Positions 1 through 9,011 of a DNA stretch of 64,000 bases are shown here, piece by piece. How positions within the stretch are numbered: the stretch's first letter is position 1; each line of letters begins with the position of its first letter. Under the pieces are notes generated by a model that saw nothing but the letters and a program-made list of their open reading frames with translations, was not told the origin of the DNA and made no database searches. Origin of the DNA: Candidatus Methylomirabilota bacterium (GTDB lineage Bacteria; Methylomirabilota; Methylomirabilia; Rokubacteriales; CSP1-6); contig DASRHC010000011.1 of assembly GCA_035650715.1 (NCBI GenBank), positions 695 through 64,694 on the forward strand. The letters are read 5' to 3'. The translations under genes and the position numbers were made by a program.

Positions 1-773
1 CCCTCGAAGGGCATGGGCACCTGCCAGGGATCGCGCGGATCGTAGGCGATGAGCGACCGCATGGCCAGGCGCACGTCGCGGACCTCGCGGCAGATCACGC
101 CCTGCACGGACATCACCTGGGCCAGCATGCCGCGCTCGGCGGTGGCCGAGGGATTGAAGGCGGGCACCCGCCCGAGACCCGGCTTCACGGTGGCCGCGCC
201 GCAGGCGTAGGCCGGGAAGCGGAGCGAGCCGCCGATGTCGTTGCCGTGCGCGATCGGTCCGTAGCCCATCATCACCCCGGCGGCCGCGCCCCCCGAGGAG
301 CCGCCGGCGGAGGCGGTGGCGCTCCAGGGGTTGAAGGTGCGGCCGTGGAGCTCGTTCACCGTGGTCCCCCGGAAGGAGAACTCCGGGGTGTTGGTGCGCC
401 CGATCACGATGGCTCCGGCCCGGCGCAGGTTCCGGACCACCGGCGCATCGTCCGGGGCGAGCACGCCCTTGAAGGCCACGACGCCGTTGGGCGTCGCGCA
501 CCCCTTCTGATCGACGTTCTCCTTGATGGTGACCGGCACGCCGTGCAGCGGCCCGACGGGCCCGCCGGTCCTGATCGCCCGGTCGTGCGCCTCGGCCTCG
601 CGCAGGGCGGCGTCGCCCAGATCGTCCACGACCGCGTTGATCGTGCCGTTGGTGGCGCGCATGCGGTCCACCGCGCTGCCCACCGCCTCGACGGCGGTCA
701 CCCGGCGCGCTGCGATGGCTTCGGCGAGGTCGCAGGCGCTCCACTGCCAGAGCGGCCTATTCGGGGCGGCCAT
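1..773 (-). CDS. amidase (amidase-signature family), C-terminal part runs off window start
   Basis: Reverse-strand translation from ATG ~771-773 gives MAAPNRPLWQW...GVPVTIKEN...GGSSGGAAAGV...GNDIGGSLRFPA, typical AS-family motifs. Absent from ORF track because no stop inside window. The 246..833 + ORF is a GC artefact on the opposite strand. Confidence 0.75.
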   Translation of the reverse strand, partial: MAAPNRPLWQWSACDLAEAIAARRVTAVEAVGSAVDRMRATNGTINAVVDDLGDAALREAEAHDRAIRTGGPVGPLHGVPVTIKENVDQKGCATPNGVVAFKGVLAPDDAPVVRNLRRAGAIVIGRTNTPEFSFRGTTVNELHGRTFNPWSATASAGGSSGGAAAGVMMGYGPIAHGNDIGGSLRFPAYACGAATVKPGLGRVPAFNPSATAERGMLAQVMSVQGVICREVRDVRLAMRSLIAYDPRDPWQVPMPFE

Positions 774-1172
774 TGCGGGCTCTCCTCGGGCTCGGGGCGG
801 GGGGCTCGAGGACGTGGCCGTCCCCCTCGGTGACGTGGCAGGCGCGTGTCATGGACCCGCCGCATAGTATCGCAATTGATGCTGTCCAGCGCGGCCATCG
901 AGGGCTGGCAACGGCGTGATCCCGAAGGCTGGGCGCACGTTGCGGAGTGGCTGGCCGCGCGCTCGATCCCCATCGTGCGGGTATGACCCTGGAGACGTCG
1001 TGTGGCGCGTAGCTGTCCTCCCGGTCAGGCAGCCCCTACCCCCCGTCAGATCCCCTGGACGGGCCCGAAACCCCACCGCCGCATGCCCGGGCACGTCTTG
1101 ACACCGTTACCTGCCTCGGCGTGTAGTAGTCGGGCTGCGCTATGTGGATCTTGCGCCGAGGAGGGTCGTGAC

Positions 1173-1718
1173 ATGCTGAAGTTCGGTTCGCCCCGGAAGG
1201 ACGAACCCCCCGCGAAGGCCGCGCATGCGGTCGAGCCGCCGGCTGCACCCGCCCCACTCCCGGTTCCCGAGGTTCCGCGACACGGGCAGAGGGGCGAGGA
1301 ACCCCCACGAATGGAGGGCCCACGTATGCCTCTGAGCAGCGTCAACAACGCGGAATCGGTCCTGGCCGCCGGCCTCACGATCGAAGGGAAGATCGAGGGC
1401 ACCGGCAACTTTCGCGTGGTCGGTCGGTTCAAGGGCACCGTCAAGGTGAACGGCGAGCTGACCATCGAGCCGGGCGCGTTCATCGAGGGCGACATCACCG
1501 CCGACTCGGTCCTGGTGGCCGGCGATGTCCGGGGCCAGATCGCCGCGGCGTCGCGGGTGGAGTTCAAGGACTCCGGGACGCTCATCGGCGACGTCAAGGC
1601 CAGCAGCGTGATCGTGTCGGCCGGATCCAAGATGCGCGGCAAGATGGAGTTCGGGTGGAAGGAGGGTGAGGGCGAGGCGGTGCCGCCGGAGACCGGCTCT
1701 CTGTCCCATTCCCACTGA
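1173..1718 (+). CDS. bactofilin family cytoskeletal protein (DUF583 repeats)
   Basis: MLKFGSP...TIEGKIEGTGNFRVVGRFKGTVKVNGELTIEPGAFIEGDITADSVLVAGDVRGQI has the beta-helical bactofilin repeat pattern. GAGGAGG RBS 6 nt upstream of ATG 1173. The longer track ORF 1002..1718 has an N-terminal extension judged spurious. Confidence 0.8.
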   Translation: MLKFGSPRKDEPPAKAAHAVEPPAAPAPLPVPEVPRHGQRGEEPPRMEGPRMPLSSVNNAESVLAAGLTIEGKIEGTGNFRVVGRFKGTVKVNGELTIEPGAFIEGDITADSVLVAGDVRGQIAAASRVEFKDSGTLIGDVKASSVIVSAGSKMRGKMEFGWKEGEGEAVPPETGSLSHSH

Positions 1719-1729
1719 CCTCCCCGACG

Positions 1730-2095
1730 ATGGCGGGTGAGGCCTGGAAGTGCCCGCATTGCCGGGAGCGCATCCTGCGCAGCGCCGTGACCTGCCCGGC
1801 ATGCCGGCGCCACCTCCGGTTCGACGCGGTCAGCGCGGCTCGTCCGGCGGTCCGGCCGACCCTGTGCCCGCTCAATGTCGAGGCGACGATCCGGCAGCCC
1901 AGCGACGCCTCGGTCGGGGAATACTCCGTGATCATCGAGGTGCGCGAGGACCGGGGTGAGGTGATCGCCCGCCGCATCGTGGACGTCGGGGCTCTGGAGC
2001 CCGGCCAGGCCAGGCGCATCACCCTCCGCGTCGAGACGGAGGCGCCGGAAGCCTCCGGCTCCGCCGCCGCGCCGGCGACCGCGCGGCAGCGCTGA
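1730..2095 (+). CDS. hypothetical protein with N-terminal C4 zinc-ribbon (CPHC...CPAC)
   Basis: 121 aa. Starts 12 nt after the bactofilin stop. WKCPHCRERILRSAVTCPACRR zinc-ribbon followed by a small beta-rich domain. No family recognised. Confidence 0.5.
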   Translation: MAGEAWKCPHCRERILRSAVTCPACRRHLRFDAVSAARPAVRPTLCPLNVEATIRQPSDASVGEYSVIIEVREDRGEVIARRIVDVGALEPGQARRITLRVETEAPEASGSAAAPATARQR

Positions 2096-2099
2096 GGCT

Positions 2100-3269
2100 T
2101 CAGGCGGCGCGCCCCGCCGGTCCCCGGGGCGCGCCGCCGGCACCGCCCCGCGAGGCGACGTCGGGGAGCCCCCGGAGCGCCAGGACGTGGGTGATGTCCT
2201 TGAGGGAGAGGTAGCCTACCAGGCGGGAATCGCTCAGCACCGCGAGGCGGCCGACCTCGTTCCGGGTCGCCTTGCCGAGCGCGTCGAACACCGGATCATC
2301 CGGGTCGATCACCAGGTCGTCGGTCACGGGCTTCATGATCTCGCTCACGCGGCGCTGCGTCCGTTCCTCGGGCGGCACCGCGTGGACCTGCTGCACGCTC
2401 GCGATCCCGCGGACCCCGGCGCCGTCCACGACGGGGAAGCTGGTCACGTGATGCGCCCAGAAGGCGTCCGCGAGCTGCGCCACGGTCGCGTCGATGGGCA
2501 CGGTGACCACGTCGCGGGTCATGATGTCCCGCACCCGGAGCCGTGAGAGGGCGTCCCGCAGCGCCATCTGCGAATAGCTCGCGTCCGCGGCGCCCCGGAG
2601 GAACATGCCGATGATGATGAACCAGACACCTCCCAGCACCTCGCCGCCGAAGATCTGAAGCATGCCGAGCGCCATGAGGCCGAACGCGAAACCGACCCCC
2701 ACGCGGCTCGCCAGGTAGGTGGCCCGAGGCAGGGTGCCCGTCCACTTCCAGACGATGGCCCGCAGGACGCGCCCGCCGTCGAGCGGGAACCCCGGGACGA
2801 GATTGAAGATCCCGACGACGACGTTCACCAGCACCAGATAGGCGACCACCGCCTGCGCCCACGCGGGTCGCACGAGCCCGCCCGCGTCGGCGGCCCACAG
2901 CACCGCCGCGACGGCGAAGCTCGTGATGGGGCCGACCACCGCGATCAGGAACTCGGCGCGCGGGGTGGGGGGCTCGTCCTCGAGGTGGGACACGCCGCCG
3001 AAGACGTGCAGGGTGATGCCGCGGACCGAGAGCCCGTGCGCGATCGCCACGAACGAATGGGACAGCTCGTGCAGCAGGACCGAGACGAAGAGCAGGAGCG
3101 CGGCCAGCAACCCGTTGGCCCAGTAGGCGGCGACGGGCCGGTCGGGCAGGACGTTCGGGAAGTACCCGACCGCGAGGGTCCACGTGATCAGCCCGTAGAC
3201 CACGAGCCAGCTGGCGTGGACCTTGATCGGGATACCGCGAATCGCGAGGACGCGGACTGTGCTGTCCAT
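2100..3269 (-). CDS. site-2 protease family zinc metalloprotease (peptidase M50) with tandem CBS domains
   Basis: HELSH HExxH motif in a multi-TM N-terminal region, LDGG motif, and a C-terminal CBS pair (RDVVTVPIDATVAQ..., VGYLSLKDI). Confidence 0.85.
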   Translation of the reverse strand: MDSTVRVLAIRGIPIKVHASWLVVYGLITWTLAVGYFPNVLPDRPVAAYWANGLLAALLLFVSVLLHELSHSFVAIAHGLSVRGITLHVFGGVSHLEDEPPTPRAEFLIAVVGPITSFAVAAVLWAADAGGLVRPAWAQAVVAYLVLVNVVVGIFNLVPGFPLDGGRVLRAIVWKWTGTLPRATYLASRVGVGFAFGLMALGMLQIFGGEVLGGVWFIIIGMFLRGAADASYSQMALRDALSRLRVRDIMTRDVVTVPIDATVAQLADAFWAHHVTSFPVVDGAGVRGIASVQQVHAVPPEERTQRRVSEIMKPVTDDLVIDPDDPVFDALGKATRNEVGRLAVLSDSRLVGYLSLKDITHVLALRGLPDVASRGGAGGAPRGPAGRAA

Positions 3270-3297
3270 GGCTCACGGAGCCTCCGCCGCGGCCGGC

Positions 3298-3904
3298 TCA
3301 CGCGCGGCGCGGCGCATCGTGTACATGTCGTCCCCGAATCCTTTGTGCGGGAAGGCGGTTGCCCGCGTAGGCCGACACCGCCCCGAACCGCGCGTGGGCC
3401 TCCTCCCAGTCGCGCCGCGCCTCGGCGATCTCGTCGGGCGTGCGCGCCACGAAGTTCCACCACATCAGGATCCGCTCGCGGAACGGCTCGCCGCCGATCA
3501 GCATCAGGCGCGCGCCGGCGCGCAGCCGGAGGGGCGGCTGCTCCCGGCCGGCTTCCCCGGCCGGCGGTCATCAGATTCAGCTGACCCGGTCTGATCAGCT
3601 GCTCGGAGCCCAGGCTGTCCTTGTGCAGGACTTCACCGGCGAGCAGCCAGGTCACGGTCTGCAATCCGATGTGCGGGTGCGGGGCGACGTCCATCGGCTT
3701 GCCGGTGTCGAACGCGAGCGGACCGAAGTGATCCAGAAAGCACCACGGCCCCACCAGCCGCCGCTCGCCCCGGGGCAGCGCCCGGTGCACCACGAGGCCG
3801 CCGCCGAGATCGGCCGCGCGGGCCGGGTACGCCGTCATCGACGGCGTCGACGCCGCGTCGGCCTCGCACGGCAGCGCCTCCGGCGAGGGGAGCGGATTGC
3901 TCAT
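3298..3904 (-). pseudogene. pirin family protein, apparent frameshift (two ORF pieces 3504..3904 and 3298..3504 in different frames)
   Basis: N-terminal piece MSNPLPSPE...RALPRGERRLVGPWCFLDHFGP...HPHIGLQTVTWLLAGEVLHKDSLGSE...LNLMTAGRG then degenerates to RGSRPGAAAPP. The pirin C-terminal motif ...ERILMWWNFVARTPDEIAEARRDWEE continues in another frame. Shift lies near 3520-3560 in a GC homopolymer-like tract. Confidence 0.6.
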
Positions 3905-3917
3905 GGCCGGACCGCGC

Positions 3918-5579
3918 CTAGTAGCCCATCGCGGCGCCGTCCCCCCGCGGATCCGCGCCGCCCTCGAACAGGCCGCTCTCGTGGTGGACGCGAATCGCCT
4001 GGGCGTGGCCGAGCGCGCTGTCCCACTGACCGACCATCCGGACCGGCTGCCCGCGCCGACGCAGCTCGCGCGCGGTGGCATCCGAGATCCGGCCCTCGAG
4101 CCAGAGGTCGCGCGACTCCCGGCCCCAGGTGCGGCCCATCAGCCAGCGCGGCGCCTCGATCGCCTGCTGGACGTCGTAGCCGAAGTCGACCAGGCGGGTG
4201 AGCACCGCGGCCTGCGTCTGCGGCTGGCCTTCGCCGCCCATGGTGCCGTAGGCCAGGAGCGGCCTCCCCTCTTGCAGCAGCATGGCCGGGATGATGGTGT
4301 GAAACGTCCGCTTGCCGGGCTCGAGCCGGTTCGGGTGGTTGTCGTCCAGCGAGAAGAAGCTGCCCCGGTTCTGCATGATGATGCCGGTGTCGCCGCCCAT
4401 GACGACGGCTCCGAAATCGTGGTAGATCGACTGGATGGTGGACACGACGAGCCCGCTCGCGTCGGTGGCGCAGAGATAGACCGTGCCGCCGTCGGGACTG
4501 CGGCGGGTGAAGGTGGGCCCGTACCGCATCCCGGGCTCGACCAGGCCGACGAGGAGTGAGCGCGTCGGGCGGATCAGCCTGCGGCGCGTGGCCGCGTAGT
4601 CCTTGGACAGCAGGCGGTCGAGCGGGATGTCGACGAAGGCGGGGTCCGTCAGCCATTCGTCGCGGTCGGCGAGCGCGACCTTCACCGCCTCCACCATGTG
4701 GTGATAGTAGTCGGCGGTGCCGTCACCCCAGGCCGAGACGTCGAAGCCTTCGATGAGGTTCAGGATCTGCAGCGCCGCGAAGCCCTGGGTGCTGGGCGGC
4801 ATCTGCACCACGTCGTGTCCGCGATAGGTGGTCGAGATCGGCTCGACCCACCGCGCGTGATAGGCGGCGAAGTCCTCCGGAGTGAGCGGGGAGCCCGCGG
4901 GAGCGAGCGCCCGGCAGATGCGCTGGGCGACCGGTCCCTCGTAGAACGCCCCGCGGGCGCCGGATGCGGCCAGCAGCTCGAGCGTGTCGGCCAGCGCGGG
5001 CTGGACCAGGCGAGCGCCCTCTCGCGGCGCGGTGCCGTCGGGCAGGAAGACGCGGGCGGTGTCGGGAAAATCGTGAAGGATCGATTCATCCGCGACGATC
5101 CAGTCCGCCAGCGAGCGGGGAATGGCGATGCCGTCGCGCGCGTACTCGATGGCGTCGGCAAACAGGCTCGCCCAGGGGAGCCGGCCGTGGCGCTCGTGCG
5201 CGAGCCGCCAGCCGTCGACCGCCCCCGGCGTCGTGAGCGCGGCGAGCGGGCCGCGAGGGGGGATCTGGCCGGCGCAGCCGTGTTCCCGGTAGTAGTCTCG
5301 CGTGGCGCGGCGGGCGGCGGGTCCTTGAGCCTCGAGCGCCTGGACGCCGGCGATGTGGGGTCCCGCGATGAGCCAGAAGCCGTCGCCGCCCAGGCCCGCC
5401 ATGTGCGGATAGGCGACGCAGAGGGTCGCGTTCGCCGCGATCGCCGCGTCGACCGCGCTGCCGCCGCGGCGCAGCGCCTCGAGCCCGGATGCGGAGGCGA
5501 GGTAGTGCGGCGTGCTCACCATGCCCCGCGCGGCAAAGACGGGAGGCCGCCCGGTGGTGGGCCCGTTCGGATGACTCAT
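3918..5579 (-). CDS. ggt: gamma-glutamyltranspeptidase
   Basis: MSHPNGPTTGRPPVFAARGMVSTPHYLASASGLEAL... full-length GGT-like (ca. 553 aa) with TVYLCATDASG and GGDTGIIMQNRG motifs. Start chosen at MSHPNG (track residue 26). Confidence 0.85.
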   Translation of the reverse strand: MSHPNGPTTGRPPVFAARGMVSTPHYLASASGLEALRRGGSAVDAAIAANATLCVAYPHMAGLGGDGFWLIAGPHIAGVQALEAQGPAARRATRDYYREHGCAGQIPPRGPLAALTTPGAVDGWRLAHERHGRLPWASLFADAIEYARDGIAIPRSLADWIVADESILHDFPDTARVFLPDGTAPREGARLVQPALADTLELLAASGARGAFYEGPVAQRICRALAPAGSPLTPEDFAAYHARWVEPISTTYRGHDVVQMPPSTQGFAALQILNLIEGFDVSAWGDGTADYYHHMVEAVKVALADRDEWLTDPAFVDIPLDRLLSKDYAATRRRLIRPTRSLLVGLVEPGMRYGPTFTRRSPDGGTVYLCATDASGLVVSTIQSIYHDFGAVVMGGDTGIIMQNRGSFFSLDDNHPNRLEPGKRTFHTIIPAMLLQEGRPLLAYGTMGGEGQPQTQAAVLTRLVDFGYDVQQAIEAPRWLMGRTWGRESRDLWLEGRISDATARELRRRGQPVRMVGQWDSALGHAQAIRVHHESGLFEGGADPRGDGAAMGY

Positions 5580-5769
5580 CGCGACCTCGCGGGTGGGATC
5601 AGGAACGACGCGCCAGGATGGCCGAATCGACTCACCGTGGCGGTGAGCGACCACGGCGAGGCTATATTGGCGCCCGCGTGGCTGTCAAGCATGAGCCGGC
5701 ATCGCGCGAGGAGGCGCCCATACTGCGGGATGCCATGGGCCGCCGTGTGATCGACCGGGAGCGGATAGA

Positions 5770-6729
5770 GTGCTGAGCGTCGACGCCGCCCTCGGGTCCT
5801 ACGGCTATCCGGCGATCTTCGCCGGGATGGCGCTGGAGCAGTTCGTGCCGCCGATGCCGGGGGAGCCCCTCCTCCTCGCGGCGGGCGCGGTGGCGGGAGC
5901 CGGCCATCTGGGACTGGGATGGGCGGTGATCTGCGCGCTGCTGGGGACGCTCCTGGGCGACATCCTGTGGTACGAGATCGGCCGCCGCGGCGGCCGACCC
6001 GTCCTGCGGTGGCTGTGCCGCATCGCGATCGAGCCCGACAGCTGCGTGCGACGAGGCGAGGAGGGGTTCTCGCGCAGCGGCGCGAGCGTGCTGCTCGTCG
6101 CGAAGTTCTTGCCGGGGCTGAACAGCGTGGGGCAGCCGCTGGCGGGCGCGCTCGGCATGCCGAGAGGCCGCTTCCTCTTCTTCGACGCGCTGGGCGCGGC
6201 GCTGTGGGTCGGGGTCTACGTGGGGCTCGGCTACGCGTTTCACGACCAGCTCGCCCGGGCGGTCGCTCTCGCCGGACGGCTGGGCGGAATGGCGGTGTGG
6301 CTCCTGGCGGGTCTCGCCGCGCTGTACCTGGGCGTCAAGGTGCTGCGTCGCCGGCTGTTCCTGCGCCGGCTGCGGATCGGGCGCATCACGCCCGAGGAGC
6401 TGCTGCGGATGCTCGCCGCCGGCGAGCCGGTGCTCATCGTCGACCTGCGGCACGAGCTCGACGTTCGGGCCGATCCGACGGCGATTCCCGGCGCGATCCA
6501 GATGACGCCGGCCGAGCTGGAGCAGGCCCGGCCCGTCCTCCCGCGCGACCGCGACGTGGTGCTGTACTGCTCGTGACCCAACGAGGCCACGAGCGCCCGG
6601 GCGGCGCTCCTGTTGCGCAGACACGGAGTCTCGCGCATCCGACCGCTGGCCGGCGGCTTCCCGGCCTGGCGCGAGCGCGGGTTCCCGGTGGAGCCGCTCG
6701 CCGTCCGGCCCGCGCGGGCGGCGGGATGA
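5770..6729 (+). CDS. DedA/SNARE-associated membrane domain fused to C-terminal rhodanese domain; in-frame TGA at 6574-6576 at the catalytic Cys position (candidate Sec codon, or a broken gene)
   Basis: Track ORF 5770..6576 ends ...RDVVLYCS*. The same frame continues for 50 more codons to a TGA at about 6727-6729: PNEATSARAALLLRRHGVSRIRPLAGGFPAWRERGFPVEPLAVRPARAAG. These are the rhodanese active-site loop and C-terminal helix. The segment U-PNEATS-ARAALLLRRHG aligns residue-for-residue with GlpE [19 protein letters not shown]. Confidence 0.6.
6591..6609 (+). promoter_or_regulatory. GC-rich hairpin 15 nt downstream of the in-frame TGA (candidate bacterial SECIS element)
   Basis: gagcgcc-cgggc-ggcgctc forms a 7-bp perfect stem with a G-rich 5-nt apical loop. 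Loop Gs sit 26-28 nt from the U of UGA. Extra pairing is possible at the base (ca/tg). Confidence 0.35.
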
Positions 6730-6743
6730 GGTGCCGCGGCCCC

Positions 6744-7979
6744 TCAGGCCACGCCCACGAGGTATCCGAAGCGCTTGACGAACTCGGACTCCGTCATGTT
6801 GGCGGCCCGCGCGAGCGCCTCCCGCCGCTCGGGCTGCTCGAAGTCCTCGCGCTTGAGGCGGATCATGTACGCCTCGAGGGTGCGGTACGCCTCCGAGTGG
6901 ATGTCCGCGTAGCGAACGCGGATCTTGCCGGTCGTGGGATCCAGGAGATTCCCGAACGGAATCGGGACGAGCCGGCCGCCCTGGATGGTGGCCAGCGCCT
7001 CGCTGCCGCCGTCGAGCAGGAAGCACGTCGCCCAGTAGCCGAGGCTCCGGCAGTACTGGATGTCGAACCCGCCGGGCGGGGCGCAGCGGAGCTCGTAGCC
7101 GAGATCCTTGGCCACGATACCGGTCTCGATCCCCCGCGCGGCCAGGCTCGCGGTCACCTGCGTCTTGAGCAGTCCCGCCAGCTCCAGCTCCTGCAGGCGC
7201 ACGTTGCCGTAGGCGTCGCGGGCCACCGTGCCCAGCGTCTGCGGGTCGAGCTTCACGAGGAGACCCTCGGCGAGGAGCGCGACGCCGTGGTCCCGGCCGT
7301 GGACCAGCCGCTTGATGATCGCCCCTTCGAGGATGTCCGCCAGCCGCTGGATGGGCACGTGGGTCTCCGGGAACTCCTCGGCGACCACGGTGAGGGTCGC
7401 CCCGGCGGCCCCGCCGATGCCCAGCGCCAGGTGCCCGGCGTGGCGGCCCATCACGGTCACGAAGAACCACTTGCCGGTCGTGGCCGCGTCCTTCATGAGA
7501 TTGCGGACGAGCTGCATGCCCAGATCCACCGCGGTGGTGAAGCCGAAGGTCGGGATCTCGGGCGGCAGCGGCAGGTCGTTGTCGATGGTCTTGGGGACGT
7601 GGACCACCGCCATCCGGCCGCCGGCCGCGCGAGCCACGCGTGACGCCGCGAAGGCGGTGTCGTCGCCGCCGATGGTGAGCAGGTACGAGACGTCGAGACG
7701 GCGCAGCGATTCGACGACGTGCCGGAGGGCCTCCGGCGACCGGGTGGGGTTCGCGCGGGCCGTGCGCAGGATCGAGCCGCCCTCGAAGTGGATCTGGGAC
7801 AGCGCCCCGATCTCCAGCTCGTGCACGCGGGAGAGGTCGCCCTGCATGAGCCACTTGAAGCCGTCCTCGCAGCCGAGCACCCGGAGGCCGCGGTTGCGGG
7901 CCTCGATGGTGGCGGCCGCGATGACCGCGTTGATGCCCGGCGCCGGGCCGCCGCCCACCAGGATCGCGAGCGTCTTCAT
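6744..7979 (-). CDS. pfp: 6-phosphofructokinase, PPi-dependent type (GGDDT and PKTIDND signatures)
   Basis: MKTLAILVGGGPAPGINAVI...TIGGDDTAF...VVHVPKTIDNDL...MGRHAGHLAL. Asp in GGDD and Lys in KTIDND are the classical PPi-PFK discriminators (ATP-PFK has GGDG/GTIDND). Confidence 0.85.
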   Translation of the reverse strand: MKTLAILVGGGPAPGINAVIAAATIEARNRGLRVLGCEDGFKWLMQGDLSRVHELEIGALSQIHFEGGSILRTARANPTRSPEALRHVVESLRRLDVSYLLTIGGDDTAFAASRVARAAGGRMAVVHVPKTIDNDLPLPPEIPTFGFTTAVDLGMQLVRNLMKDAATTGKWFFVTVMGRHAGHLALGIGGAAGATLTVVAEEFPETHVPIQRLADILEGAIIKRLVHGRDHGVALLAEGLLVKLDPQTLGTVARDAYGNVRLQELELAGLLKTQVTASLAARGIETGIVAKDLGYELRCAPPGGFDIQYCRSLGYWATCFLLDGGSEALATIQGGRLVPIPFGNLLDPTTGKIRVRYADIHSEAYRTLEAYMIRLKREDFEQPERREALARAANMTESEFVKRFGYLVGVA

Positions 7980-7988
7980 GGGCCGGGG

Positions 7989-9011
7989 CTACGCGACGCG
8001 CTCTTCCATCTCGGGCCGATACCGGCCGGAGCGGGCGAGGCCGTTGAGCCGGGCGCGGTCGTGGAAGGCCTTCTGGCCGGCCGCGATGCGACCCGGGTCC
8101 CCCTTCCACGCGTGCTGGGCGGCCGCCTGCAGTGCGCGGCCGTAGGAGAACGAGAGCGGCCAGGGGTGCGACACGGGCAGGGCGTTCATCGCGTTCAGGT
8201 GCGCGGTCGCGTCCGCGTCGCTCTGGCCGCCGGAGAGGAACACGATGCCGGGCACCGCGGCCGGGACGGCCCGCCGAAGGGTGCGGATGGTGGCCTCGGC
8301 GACGTCCTGGACGCTCGCCTGGCGGGGGGAGCCCTTGCCGGGGAGGATCATGTTCGGCTTCAGCAGCATGCCCTCGAGAGCGACCCGCTGGCGGCGCAGT
8401 TCGGCGAAGACGGCCTGGAGGGCCGCCTCGCTGACCTCGGCGCAGCGCTCGATGGTGTGGTCGCCGTCCATCAGGACCTCGGGCTCGACGATCGGGACGA
8501 GACCCGCCTCCTGCGCCAGGGCCGCGTAGCGGGCCAGGGCGTGGGCATTGACCTCGAGGCCGTACGCGCTCGGGATGCCAAGCCCGATCGTGAAGACGGC
8601 GCGCCACTTGGCGAAGCGGGCGCCGAGGCCGCGGTACTCGGCGAGACGCTCGCGCAGGCCGTCCAGGCCCTCGGTGATCAGCTCGCCCGGGGCGCCGGCC
8701 AGGGGCTTCGTTCCCTTGTCGACCTTGATCCCGGGAATCATCCCGCGCCGGGCGAGGAGCTCGGCGAACGGCGTGCCGTCGTCGCTCTTCTGCCGGATGG
8801 TCTCGTCGAACAGGATGACGCCGCTGATGAACTCGGCCACCCCCGGGGTGGTGAAGAGCATCTGCCGGTAGACGCGGCGGTTCTCCTCCGTGTTGTCGAC
8901 GCCGATCGCGGCGAAGCGCTTCTCGATGGTGGAGTGGCTCTCGTCGGCGGCGAGGATGCCCCGTCCGGGAGCCACGAGCATCCGGGCGGTGGATTCGAGC
9001 GTGGTCGTCAT
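7989..9011 (-). CDS. fba: fructose-bisphosphate aldolase, class I
   Basis: MTTTLESTARMLVAPGRGILAADESHSTIEKRF...PGIKVDKG...LEGMLLKPNM, class I FBA Schiff-base Lys region. AAGGAGA RBS upstream of the ATG at track residue 84. Immediately downstream of pfp with a 9-nt gap. Confidence 0.85.
   Translation of the reverse strand: MTTTLESTARMLVAPGRGILAADESHSTIEKRFAAIGVDNTEENRRVYRQMLFTTPGVAEFISGVILFDETIRQKSDDGTPFAELLARRGMIPGIKVDKGTKPLAGAPGELITEGLDGLRERLAEYRGLGARFAKWRAVFTIGLGIPSAYGLEVNAHALARYAALAQEAGLVPIVEPEVLMDGDHTIERCAEVSEAALQAVFAELRRQRVALEGMLLKPNMILPGKGSPRQASVQDVAEATIRTLRRAVPAAVPGIVFLSGGQSDADATAHLNAMNALPVSHPWPLSFSYGRALQAAAQHAWKGDPGRIAAGQKAFHDRARLNGLARSGRYRPEMEERVA

Noticed and set aside
246-833. 195-aa + strand ORF at the window start.
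   Set aside because: Opposite-strand artefact. The minus strand here encodes a clean amidase-signature protein.
5662-8607. 981-aa ORF on the minus strand (and similar very long ORFs 9411..12119 +, 13134..15413 +, 19960..22353 -, 22669..25506 +, 31924..34161 - as a single unit, 39540..41750 - as a single unit, 40454..42877 - as a single unit).
   Set aside because: They are Arg/Pro/Gly/Ala-rich low-complexity translations typical of stop-free alternative frames in about 70% GC DNA. Each overlaps genes with clear protein-family matches in another frame or strand. Where they contain a real gene (PPTase, nirK/nirV, agmatinase/M20) only the supported sub-interval was annotated.
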